Shown here piece after piece: positions 29,922 through 39,093 of a stretch of 64,000 bases of DNA. The stretch covers positions 268,930-332,929 of the forward strand of contig JAWAHS010000002.1 of the NCBI GenBank assembly GCA_038889075.1, written 5' to 3'. The notes below the pieces were generated by a model. The model saw only the letters and a list, made by a program, of their open reading frames with translations, was not told the origin of the DNA and made no database searches. The position numbers and the translations under genes were made by a program. Source of the stretch: Ignisphaera sp. (GTDB lineage Archaea; Thermoproteota; Thermoprotei_A; Sulfolobales; Ignisphaeraceae). The stretch's first letter is position 1, and each line of letters begins with the position of its first letter.

Positions 29922-30645
29922 TTTCCTCTATATACTTCTCAATATATAGTTTATTCCTCTCGATACCACCTGGTATATTGGAACTCATCCATACCTCAGG
30001 CTTTATACCTCTTTCCAGCAACTTTTCAATAGTTCTAATTGTCAGTATCTGAACTATAAAGGAGTTAATAATAGTTGAAACCGGAGCTACCCTTGCATCA
30101 AGACCGTCGATTTCTATAACAGCATCGCCCTCAGGAACCCTATTATCTATAACAACATCCACGACCTCATACAGCTTCTTACCAAAGGGATTCTCAGGAG
30201 GAACCCCTTTCGAGAATCTAAGCGATGTTATTCCAACGGTTTTCAATCCCATCGATCTAGCCTCTAGAGCTAGCTCAACGGGAAGGGCATTCTTACCAGA
30301 ATTGGATACTATTATCAATGCAGATCCGGATTTTATGGGTGTTGAAGCTAAAAGAGCCTTTGCATAACCTGGTAGCCTCTCTAGGAAGGTACTCTTTAAT
30401 GCACCATTTAGCGCAGAGAGCGATATATCTATTAGTGGAAATATTCTTACGAGACCGCCAGCTCTATAAAACATTTCAAGAGCGATTAGCATAGAGTGGC
30501 CTGTTCCAAACACATATATGAAGCCACCCCGTGTTATTGCATTACTTAGAACTTCTGCTGCTTTATCTATGTTATTCCTTTCCTCACTTAGCAGTTCATC
30601 TATTATTCTAGAAATCGTTTCCTTAAACACTCTACAGTAATCCAT
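29908..30645 (-). CDS. SIS (sugar isomerase) domain protein, UPF0309-like
   Basis: [40 protein letters not shown]. Confidence 0.88.
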   Translation of the reverse strand: MDYCRVFKETISRIIDELLSEERNNIDKAAEVLSNAITRGGFIYVFGTGHSMLIALEMFYRAGGLVRIFPLIDISLSALNGALKSTFLERLPGYAKALLASTPIKSGSALIIVSNSGKNALPVELALEARSMGLKTVGITSLRFSKGVPPENPFGKKLYEVVDVVIDNRVPEGDAVIEIDGLDARVAPVSTIINSFIVQILTIRTIEKLLERGIKPEVWMSSNIPGGIERNKLYIEKYIEEIKPL

Positions 30646-30756
30646 AGCTTAGAGCACCTATTGCCATATAGTAATAGTATCTCTACAGATTATTAAAGAC
30701 TTTACTAAGCTGTAGTTATATGCTATATATTATTGTGATAGGATGGTTTGCAGTAA

Positions 30757-31854
30757 TTATGGATGATGTTTTTCTAGCCACAGTTTCTTTTTCTTTATAT
30801 AGTACAGATAGTTCTGATACGATACATCTGGAGGTACTCTATGGTCTACCGTTGGTATATATCCTCCCTCTTCTAGAAGAGGTGTTAACCGCTCTAGTTC
30901 TCTATCAATAGCCTCAGGTCCAGATATTAAAGCTCTCTTATCTACACCACCCATAAGTAGTACCCTTCTACCAAATCTCTCTCTAAGTTTATATGGATCT
31001 ACATATCGCGCCTCAAGAGGAAACATGCAGTTTACCCCAGCATCAAGCCAACCAGGTACTAGGGCATCTATATTTCCATCGCAATCAACAACAACTATAT
31101 TAACACCGTGTTCATGGAGTATTTCCGTAATCTTCTTGTACCTAGGCACCATATGCTTTTCAAATAGCTTTGGTGAGAGCAGTGGTCCCTTGCTATATGC
31201 CATGTCCTCCCAGAACCAGGCGAAATCTACTTTGACATCCCTAAGAACTATTCTAAGGATTGTAGTCACTAGGTTAACTATGGTATCCATCATTTCTTCA
31301 ATCCAGTCTAGCTCTCTATAGAATGCTATGGATATTTTTTCAACACCCATGAGGTTTCTTAGCCATCCATATAGACTTCCCACAAATACGCCTACCGGAT
31401 AATTCCTATCCCTATACTTTTCAACAATATCGTTCCAGTTTAGAGGAATTCGACCAGGAGTCTCGGGATTAAAGAACGGTTTTAGCCTTTTCCAATCATC
31501 TCTATTCCTTATTGGATGCCTGATGTACTGTGGTATTGTGGAGGTAGAGACTTTCTTTACAAATATACCTCCAAGACCATCGGCGACCATCTCTCTATCG
31601 TTTTCCTTCTTTAGAGAAATCGAGGGTGGGTTAGGCCATATACCTATAGCAATAGGTAGAAATTCTAGACTTTCTATACCTTCTAAACCAAGGTATTGCT
31701 CTATATCATTACTAGTTTTTACTTCAATAGGCAGACCCTCTCTATGCCACCTATCAATAGTTTCATTCCAATATCCAAATTCGTAATTAGGTACTCTATC
31801 AACGCTTCTAAACTCAAATGTTCTTAGAAAACGCTCTCTGTGATTTAAATCCAT
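30757..31854 (-). CDS. Uroporphyrinogen decarboxylase-fold protein (corrinoid methyltransferase-like)
   Basis: RNLMGVE, WEDMAY..GPLLSP..F, DCDG, GGVDK, GGYIPTVDH.VPPDVS; stop/start overlap with the corrinoid protein gene. Confidence 0.85.
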   Translation of the reverse strand: MDLNHRERFLRTFEFRSVDRVPNYEFGYWNETIDRWHREGLPIEVKTSNDIEQYLGLEGIESLEFLPIAIGIWPNPPSISLKKENDREMVADGLGGIFVKKVSTSTIPQYIRHPIRNRDDWKRLKPFFNPETPGRIPLNWNDIVEKYRDRNYPVGVFVGSLYGWLRNLMGVEKISIAFYRELDWIEEMMDTIVNLVTTILRIVLRDVKVDFAWFWEDMAYSKGPLLSPKLFEKHMVPRYKKITEILHEHGVNIVVVDCDGNIDALVPGWLDAGVNCMFPLEARYVDPYKLRERFGRRVLLMGGVDKRALISGPEAIDRELERLTPLLEEGGYIPTVDHRVPPDVSYQNYLYYIKKKKLWLEKHHP

Positions 31855-32528
31855 TAGAATCCCTCTAGAAGTTTCCTTTCCTCAATCCACTTCTTACATA
31901 TCAGAGCACCTTCATATGCATCTACACCACCAGCATCAGCACCAATTTCTTTTGCAAACTCCTTTGTTACGGCAGCTCCGCCTACAATAATCTTCACCCT
32001 ATCCCTTAACCCAACTTCCTCTAATGCTTTAATAACCTCTTTCATATTCACAATTGTTGTTGTTAATAGTGCGGACATTCCGACTATATCGGGGCTGTAT
32101 CTCTTAACAGCCTCTACAAATTTCTGTGGAGGTACATCAACACCGAGATCAATAACATCAAAACCCATTGATCTTAGGAACATTATAAATAGATTCTTAC
32201 CTATATCATGGAGGTCTCCCTCAACAGTGCCAACAACAGCTCTTCCAATAAAAACATTACTTTCTCTAAATAGAGGGTCTAGCACCTTAAAACACTCCTT
32301 TACACACTCACCAGCTACTATAAGCTCGGAGAGAAAGTACTCACCTTCCTCATATTTCCTTCCAACAACCTCCATAGCTCTAGCAACAGTGTTAACAATG
32401 TCTTGAATACCGATACCCAGCTCTACTGCGTTTCTACACAGTATTGAGATGCTATCCAGATCAAGATTGACAATAGCATTCAATACATTGTCTAAAGCGT
32501 TTATCTTAGAACCTAGATCCATATACAT
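31854..32528 (-). CDS. Corrinoid (B12-binding) protein, MtbC/MttC-like
   Basis: Cap domain VGRKYEEGEYFLSELI; GTVEGDLHDIGKN (DxHxxG), SALLTTT, VGGA. Confidence 0.93.
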   Translation of the reverse strand: MYMDLGSKINALDNVLNAIVNLDLDSISILCRNAVELGIGIQDIVNTVARAMEVVGRKYEEGEYFLSELIVAGECVKECFKVLDPLFRESNVFIGRAVVGTVEGDLHDIGKNLFIMFLRSMGFDVIDLGVDVPPQKFVEAVKRYSPDIVGMSALLTTTIVNMKEVIKALEEVGLRDRVKIIVGGAAVTKEFAKEIGADAGGVDAYEGALICKKWIEERKLLEGF

Positions 32529-32826
32529 AGCCCAATAATGGCTATACAGTAGTAATTTCAGTCAAATATAATATAAGCTTTAATTATAGCTACACACCAT
32601 TTAATGCATTGAAATACATCAATCTTCAGTGATAGACATCTACATCCATCGGTAGTCGTAGCAATGTGTGTTGCATGTAAAATGTATTACCATGGAGGGA
32701 CAAGGAGTGGTGTTACCAGATAGTCATTCGATGTTTACGACTTTTAGTACTGTTAACCATAAATACTTTTATTGTTCAATGTTGCATTTACTGTATAATA
32801 GTTCTATGTTTCGGTGATTTATTGGA

Positions 32827-34029
32827 ATGTATAGAAGGATATGGATATATGTAGCAGCTGGTTTGGCAACAATTCTAGTATCTGGTTGGAGGATGAACCT
32901 CTCTATTTTCTACCCATATCTCATGAATTACTACGAAATCGATAGCGTAACATCTATAGCACTCTTTGCCACTATATCGAGTGGCATAGCAGTATTTTCA
33001 TCATCTTTTCTAGGGGTGTTATACGATCGGAGAGGATCCTCAATTCCACTGTTTATTGGTGCATCTACACAATTCTTCTCAGCATTGATAATATGGTTTA
33101 TGAGATACCATCCATGGAGTGTAGCGATGTGGCTATGGTATGTAAGTGGTGCAATTGTAGGGCTTGGATTTCCTGCACTCATGGTAAGCATCAATCCAAC
33201 CATTATAAGAATGTTTCCTACAAGACCTGGTATAGCACTCGCTATGGTTCAGAGCAGTAATTATTTAGCTCTTACACTCTGGTCGCCAATAATACCGAGA
33301 ATGGTTAGTCTTACAGATGTCTTTACAGCTACCCTACTGCTATCTATAGCAACTGTTGCGATGATGCTTCTCTGTGCAAAGATCTATAGCAGTTTGAGCC
33401 CTATATATAGACCACAGCAAGGTAGGCAGAGTAGATTAGTCATTCCAAAACTATTTATATTAATACTAATTCCCATCTTCTTTATAGTTATATCATCTAC
33501 ACTGCTTCTACAGTTTATAGCACCGATGATCACTGAATTTTGTAGAAATTTTGGTATAGATGTTGAAAAAGCTATGCAGTACTATGTACCGTTGGTTATG
33601 AGTGTTTCAGGAATTCTGCAGAGTATAGGCGCATTTACATGGGGGTTTATATCTAAGCGAATAGGGGTGCTAAGAGCCTTTCCATTACTATACGCATTGC
33701 AAGCAGTAACAGCATTCCTAATAGTAGCGCTGTCTAAATTTAGTTTAGAGGCAGTTATTGTTGCGTTCTGGTTGAGGTTTTTCATATTTGGAGGAGAGCC
33801 GGTTATACATATGGTGTTAATACCTACATTATTTGGACAGGAAAACCTGGGAGGGTTACTAGGGTTACAAACATCTACTGTAATGGCCTCTGCAATTCTA
33901 GGTCCAGTAATAGGTGGTCTAACAAGAGACCTTACAGGAACCTTCACAAATACAGTACTTCTCTCAGCAGTATTCTCGACGATAGCAACAGCTATAGCGC
34001 TAGCTATTACAATAGTTAAAAGGCAGTAA
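32827..34029 (+). CDS. MFS transporter (OFA-like)
   Basis: ~12 TM, GVLYDRRG motif A, GPVIGG. Confidence 0.85.
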   Translation: MYRRIWIYVAAGLATILVSGWRMNLSIFYPYLMNYYEIDSVTSIALFATISSGIAVFSSSFLGVLYDRRGSSIPLFIGASTQFFSALIIWFMRYHPWSVAMWLWYVSGAIVGLGFPALMVSINPTIIRMFPTRPGIALAMVQSSNYLALTLWSPIIPRMVSLTDVFTATLLLSIATVAMMLLCAKIYSSLSPIYRPQQGRQSRLVIPKLFILILIPIFFIVISSTLLLQFIAPMITEFCRNFGIDVEKAMQYYVPLVMSVSGILQSIGAFTWGFISKRIGVLRAFPLLYALQAVTAFLIVALSKFSLEAVIVAFWLRFFIFGGEPVIHMVLIPTLFGQENLGGLLGLQTSTVMASAILGPVIGGLTRDLTGTFTNTVLLSAVFSTIATAIALAITIVKRQ

Positions 34030-34143
34030 CGTTAAATCGAATTTTGTCTGCTCTATATATAGATGGAAATTATTATCACTATGATACAAAGAGATAAACA
34101 TTCTACTATAATTGATTGAAATGTAAATCAGAAAATATCCGTA

Positions 34144-34193
34144 TCCGACAAATGCCTTCTCATCACATCCTCAGCTCCAGGGGTAGTCTTCAT
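34144..34193 (-). ncRNA. Box C/D guide sRNA (variant outer boxes)
   Basis: Minus strand: C ATGAAGA, guide CTACCCCTGGAG, D' CTGA, C' GTGATGA, guide GAAGGCATTTGT, D CGGA; both guides 12 nt; TTTAAA ~28 nt upstream. Confidence 0.72.
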
Positions 34194-34278
34194 CTAATTC
34201 AATATACTGTGTCTACGTAGATTTAAATTGTATATCAGTCTATACCCGACTTCCTTTTAGCCTTGAAGAGCAGTGCTT

Positions 34279-35070
34279 TCAGTTATGACTAGCATTTAGA
34301 GGTATTTCAATAAACTCTACATCAAGTCTGTTGTCAACACATTTAATAATCCCTATACCAGGTTTTGCTGGTGCATATACCCTATCATCCCATGAACCAG
34401 TGTTGACTACTTTGAGACCGGGTTCTATGGACGGAATGTGACTGTGTCCTATGAAGATCCATGTAGCTCTCTCGGCACCCATTATCCTTCTCATAACTAA
34501 TGCCGTTATAGATTTTCTAAATAATGACACGCTCAATCGGTCGAGAAAATATGCTACTGCACCATCTCTCGATACGTACTCTCCATGGGTGGCATAGATA
34601 TAGCTATTGCAGTCATCAATTAAAATTCTTGCTATACCTGAAACCATGGATATGCTGATACCATTGATAATTAGGTGTAGAGGTTTTTCAAAGTAGCCAT
34701 CTATGTCGTGGCTGGCTGTCGATATGATGTATATAATCCTGCTTCTTTCCAGATCGAGTGCCTCCAATGCAATCTTCAAACTCTTTACAATGCTATTTAA
34801 TGGCACTCTCTCATTAAGAAGATCACCTGCGACTATAACTGTACTGTGCTCTATCTTTTTTAAAAGTTTTCCAAGTATTGTATAGTAGGATTTTCTAGAA
34901 CCTATATGGACATCCGATACCACTATAACTGGTCCTGACACAGCTATACTATTGACTTTATTTTTAAGTGGTCTAAATAGCCATGGAAAGTTGTAGAGCA
35001 GTATAGTAGCTACAGCTATCATCATTGGCGCAGCTATGAATAGCGTCACCATAGTGTTCAAAACCTTCAC
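34279..35070 (-). CDS. Calcineurin-like metallophosphoesterase with N-terminal TM
   Basis: SDVHIG, GDL, THG, GHSH, NTGSW. Confidence 0.8.
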   Translation of the reverse strand: MKVLNTMVTLFIAAPMMIAVATILLYNFPWLFRPLKNKVNSIAVSGPVIVVSDVHIGSRKSYYTILGKLLKKIEHSTVIVAGDLLNERVPLNSIVKSLKIALEALDLERSRIIYIISTASHDIDGYFEKPLHLIINGISISMVSGIARILIDDCNSYIYATHGEYVSRDGAVAYFLDRLSVSLFRKSITALVMRRIMGAERATWIFIGHSHIPSIEPGLKVVNTGSWDDRVYAPAKPGIGIIKCVDNRLDVEFIEIPLNASHN

Positions 35071-35184
35071 CTGGGAATACCATTTAACTATATACAGCGT
35101 ACCAGTTTATAGCTACAACAAGATGCTTTAGCAGAAGCTTTATTATTTTACATCCTCCTCTATATTATATACTGGTAGACGTAT

Positions 35185-35922
35185 GTGTCTGTAAGAGAGT
35201 TTAGAGAGAGTATTAGATATAGGATATGGAATTCAATGGAATCTAAAAATATAGCTCTATTTCCAAGACCTGTATATGGAAGGATTCCAAACTTTGTTGG
35301 TGCTGAGGAGGCAGCTAGGATGTTTATAAACAGTGAAATATTTAAAAAAGCAGGTGCTATAAAGGTTAATCCTGATGCTCCACAGAGACCTGTGAGAGAA
35401 GCTGTTCTAAGAGCTGGTAAAATTCTCGTTATGCCAACTCCAAGAATCAGCAAGGGATTTCTTATTCTTGATCCAAAGAAAATTCCGGGATATCTATATA
35501 CAGAGGCCTCGACAATAGCGGGTGCCTTTAGATATGGAACCCCAATCGATCCTGCTGATATACCTGAGATAGATGTTATTGTCGCTGGTTCGGTTGCCGT
35601 AAGCATCTACGGTGAAAGACTTGGCAAGGGTGAAGGGTACTCTGAACTCGAGTACGCTATTTTGAGCGAATATGGAAAAGTATCAGAAGAAACACCAATA
35701 GTTACAACAGTTCATGATATACAGGTTTTGGATCTCCACATACCTTTAGAGCCATGGGATATCACCGTTGACACTATATATACGCCATCAAAGTCAATTA
35801 GATGTATAGGTTCTAGGCAGAGGCCTAGGGGAATCCTATGGCAATACCTGGATAGAGAAAAAATAGAATCCATACCAATACTTAAAAAACTGCGGACCAT
35901 GAAGCACAGTAATAGTCTGTAG
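35185..35922 (+). CDS. 5-formyltetrahydrofolate cyclo-ligase family protein (archaeal MTHFSD/COG0212 type)
   Basis: FPRPVYGRIPNFVGA, KVNPDAPQ, MPTPR, GSVAV, RLGKGEGYSELEY, TTVHD. Confidence 0.9.
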   Translation: MSVREFRESIRYRIWNSMESKNIALFPRPVYGRIPNFVGAEEAARMFINSEIFKKAGAIKVNPDAPQRPVREAVLRAGKILVMPTPRISKGFLILDPKKIPGYLYTEASTIAGAFRYGTPIDPADIPEIDVIVAGSVAVSIYGERLGKGEGYSELEYAILSEYGKVSEETPIVTTVHDIQVLDLHIPLEPWDITVDTIYTPSKSIRCIGSRQRPRGILWQYLDREKIESIPILKKLRTMKHSNSL

Positions 35923-36175
35923 AGATATAGCTAGATACCGTTCCCCACCTTCCATAATTATGTGAATTGAACATAGAGGTAGACTAGGTCAAACAATGTA
36001 ATTCATTTATAACTAGAGCCTGTCCTTTGGAATTAGGAGGAGGTCGGAGCTAAAAGAACTCCAATGTTAGCACTCTACTGTTTCAACATTTCTTTCGGAT
36101 TCAAAGATACTCTTCATTACTACTAAAATATTTAGCTGCAATACCAGTAGCTGTATAGGTTTAGTGTGATAGAGT

Positions 36176-36823
36176 ATGGCTATCGAGGAGCTACATGTAG
36201 GTGGCAGCATTAGGCTTAAGGGACCATTAAGGTTTCGAGTTATAAGGGTCTCTGGCTACTTTAGTGTAGATGGGTCTGTAGAGGGTGAGGAAATGGATGC
36301 CTCGGGTGCTGCAAATATAGATGGTAGTATTATTGCAAGATCTATAGATGTCTCGGGTGTTCTTAGGGTTTCGGGTGATGTTCTGGTAGATGAGCTCTCA
36401 TCATCGGGAACTGTAAAGGTTGCAAGAACTATACAGGCTAAGAAAGTGAAAATAGCTGGCAGAGTCAAGGCTGAGAAGATTTTTGCTAATGAAGCCTTTC
36501 TAAAGGGTAGCATGGATGTTAAAGAGATTCATGGTGTGAAAATCCATGTAGCTAGAGGTTCTAAGATTCATGGTTCTATAGTTGCGTGTGAGGTTACTGT
36601 TGATAGAGATGCTGAAGTTGAATCTATATACGCTAAGAGGGTGTCTGTAGGAAGGGATGTTGAGGTGGATACTATTGAGGCAGAGGAGGTCTCCATTGAT
36701 AAAGGTGCAGAGATCTCGGTAGTGAGATACATTGTTAAAGCTGATTTTGATAAGAATAGCAAGATAGACAAAATCGAGAAGATCGAGAAGGTAGCAAAAG
36801 ACATAACATACTGCAATAAATAG
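36176..36823 (+). CDS. Bactofilin-like / polymer-forming beta-helix repeat protein
   Basis: Repeated V/I-x-V-S-G and I-x-A-x-x-V units throughout 215 aa. Confidence 0.7.
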   Translation: MAIEELHVGGSIRLKGPLRFRVIRVSGYFSVDGSVEGEEMDASGAANIDGSIIARSIDVSGVLRVSGDVLVDELSSSGTVKVARTIQAKKVKIAGRVKAEKIFANEAFLKGSMDVKEIHGVKIHVARGSKIHGSIVACEVTVDRDAEVESIYAKRVSVGRDVEVDTIEAEEVSIDKGAEISVVRYIVKADFDKNSKIDKIEKIEKVAKDITYCNK

Positions 36824-36901
36824 AGATGATAGCTATAATATGATAAGATCAACTTATATATTACATATATCTTGTATAACTGTATAAATCGTCTATAGCG
36901 G

Positions 36902-38332
36902 ATGGAGGTGGTCCTATTGTTATCAATAGGTGTAGAGGCGCTGGATCAACTACTGCCAAATATAATGGCTTCAAATACACTACTTGTTATTGCAGGACAT
37001 CCTGGCTCCGGCAAAACCACTTTGGCTATCAGCACGTGCTATCATAATGCATCTAACAATAATGCTAAATGTCTCTATGTATCACTTCAGGAAAATAAGG
37101 ATAAGCTATACAGAGTGGCAAAGAAGCTTGGAATGAATTTAGAGTATCTAGAATCTGTTGGTAGATTTAGATTTCTAAAGATTCCAATAACTAGTAATGA
37201 AGATATGGTACTAGAGATCATAGACGCAATTAATAGAGCAGTATACGATTTCAGTCCATTGATAATAGTTGTGGATTCTATAACACCCCTCCTAAGAGCT
37301 ATAGAGAGTAATATTAAGGCTAGAGCGATACTCCAGAACTATTTTTACGAACTTCCAAGCCAAGTAAATGGCGTTGTTATACTAGTCGCCGAGGTACCTT
37401 TCTATATGGATAGAATTGAACTTGGGGATATAGAGTTCGTCGCCGATGCTGTACTCATACTTAGACACAGGATTGATGGTAATCTCCTTGTTAGAGAGCT
37501 GGAGATAAGAAAGGCAAGAGGCTCCCCTATAACAATAGCAAGACTACCATTTAGTATAGTAGAGGGTAGTGGTATAAGAATATATACACCAGTAAGATTA
37601 GAAGAAGTGCCAGATATAAGGTGGGATAAGAGGTTTAAACAGCCCTGCCAATTATTTCAGAATGTTATAGGGGATTACTATGGTGGTGAAATAATATATA
37701 TAGAGTACCCGCTATATACAAGACCATTAAGGATATTTCTATATGGATTGGCCTTAATTGTAGCAAATAGGGCAAGGACTATAATATTTAGCTACAAAAC
37801 ATCGCCTAAACAATTAACTGGATTGGTTCAACATCTCCTAGCTAGATATGGTATTGATATAGATGTGAATAGGCTTTTAGATAAGACTATTGAGCTGGGC
37901 TTTATAAGTCTTGTAAGCCTAAATCCATCTGCATATAGTGTTGAAGAGCTATACTATAGAGAGCTTCTAGAGATAGAGAGATTCAAACCTGATATAGCTA
38001 TGTTTATGGATGTTGATGTAATTAGCTATAGAGATAGAACATACTTTAATTTGCTTAGAAATCAGCTACTCTATCTAAAGAAAATGGGTATACTTACGGT
38101 GAGATTTGGTGTACGTTCTAGAGAACCTGATTATCTATCTCTTATATTAGCAGATAGTATTGTAAGGAATCTAATCCATAGACGTGGGGAGAGTATCGAA
38201 AGAGATATATACGTAACGAGAGTAGGAAGAGAACCTAGTATAGTAGAACACGAAGAGGCAAATAAATGTATAGAAGAGTGTATCAATATATTGGGTGGGC
38301 TAAAGGATCTACCTAAAGTTTATAGTCCATAG
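36902..38332 (+). CDS. KaiC-like RecA-superfamily ATPase (active N domain, degenerate C domain)
   Basis: GHPGSGKT, YVSLQE, IIVVDS, EFVADAV, ELEIRKARG; second domain lacks Walker A. Confidence 0.85.
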   Translation: MEVVLLLSIGVEALDQLLPNIMASNTLLVIAGHPGSGKTTLAISTCYHNASNNNAKCLYVSLQENKDKLYRVAKKLGMNLEYLESVGRFRFLKIPITSNEDMVLEIIDAINRAVYDFSPLIIVVDSITPLLRAIESNIKARAILQNYFYELPSQVNGVVILVAEVPFYMDRIELGDIEFVADAVLILRHRIDGNLLVRELEIRKARGSPITIARLPFSIVEGSGIRIYTPVRLEEVPDIRWDKRFKQPCQLFQNVIGDYYGGEIIYIEYPLYTRPLRIFLYGLALIVANRARTIIFSYKTSPKQLTGLVQHLLARYGIDIDVNRLLDKTIELGFISLVSLNPSAYSVEELYYRELLEIERFKPDIAMFMDVDVISYRDRTYFNLLRNQLLYLKKMGILTVRFGVRSREPDYLSLILADSIVRNLIHRRGESIERDIYVTRVGREPSIVEHEEANKCIEECINILGGLKDLPKVYSP

Positions 38333-38384
38333 ACAGAAAGCTTTTAACTATGTATTAAATAAGCAAATGTAGAGTGGTATAGAA

Positions 38385-38741
38385 ATGGGGTATATACCTC
38401 CGGCTGTTTTAACTGAGCTGAAGCAGCGTATAAGGAGATATATTAGGGCTGTGATCCCCGGCTATCTAGAGATTCTCAATATATATTCTATGAGAATCTA
38501 TGGCAAAGATGTACTCGATCTTTTCCTTGAATCCCCAAGCAAGGTCTACGACATTCTTATGCAACACTATAGGGATGCATTTACGGTAGATTTTGCTATA
38601 GTGCGTCTTTTCTTAAGACCCATATCACTAGCCTCTAATAATATATTGTTAGAGGAGCAGCTTCTAGAACTTATTAAAAAGAGACGAGACGGTGAAGTGC
38701 TTAGGATTATAGCAGATAGCCTGACCTCCTCCCAGCCTTAA
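38385..38741 (+). CDS. Small helical protein associated with the KaiC-like ATPase
   Basis: 118-aa ORF with host codon usage immediately downstream, same strand. Confidence 0.7.
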   Translation: MGYIPPAVLTELKQRIRRYIRAVIPGYLEILNIYSMRIYGKDVLDLFLESPSKVYDILMQHYRDAFTVDFAIVRLFLRPISLASNNILLEEQLLELIKKRRDGEVLRIIADSLTSSQP

Positions 38742-38795
38742 ATGTAGACTGCTTTTTAATTGTAAAGTTATTTGAGTTGATATCGATAGATGTAT

Positions 38796-39093
38796 CTGTT
38801 CTGGTTTTCTCAGCTTGGGCTTCAGCTCTTGTATAGGTTTATACTGGTTGGTTTCATTGCCTCATACTTTTTCCTCTGCATTCTGCTCGGGTTTTCATTG
38901 GGCTTGGGGGCGTTTAGGGCGACCCCGGGCACCCCACATCTTGGGTATCTCGGGGAGAGCTGCTATCTATAGCATCTCAGCGGCTCCCGAACCCCTCATC
39001 CAGCTACCTCCACACATATCGCTATACAATAGTATACCTATAGATGTTACAACCAATACCAACCAATACAAACAGATATGAAAAACGAAACAG
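38796..39093 (-). mobile_element. Internally deleted TnpB-type IS remnant (MITE-like) with right-end/omegaRNA module
   Basis: Minus strand: GGAGGT SD + ATG 38999 (MRGSGAAEML*), then out-of-frame tail RYPRCGVPGVALNAPKPNENPSRMQRKKYEAMKPTSINLYKS* (38950-38822) typical of Thermoprotei TnpB C-termini as recalled; imperfect terminal IR (13/19); AACCAATAC direct repeats at 39051 and 39061. Confidence 0.65.
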
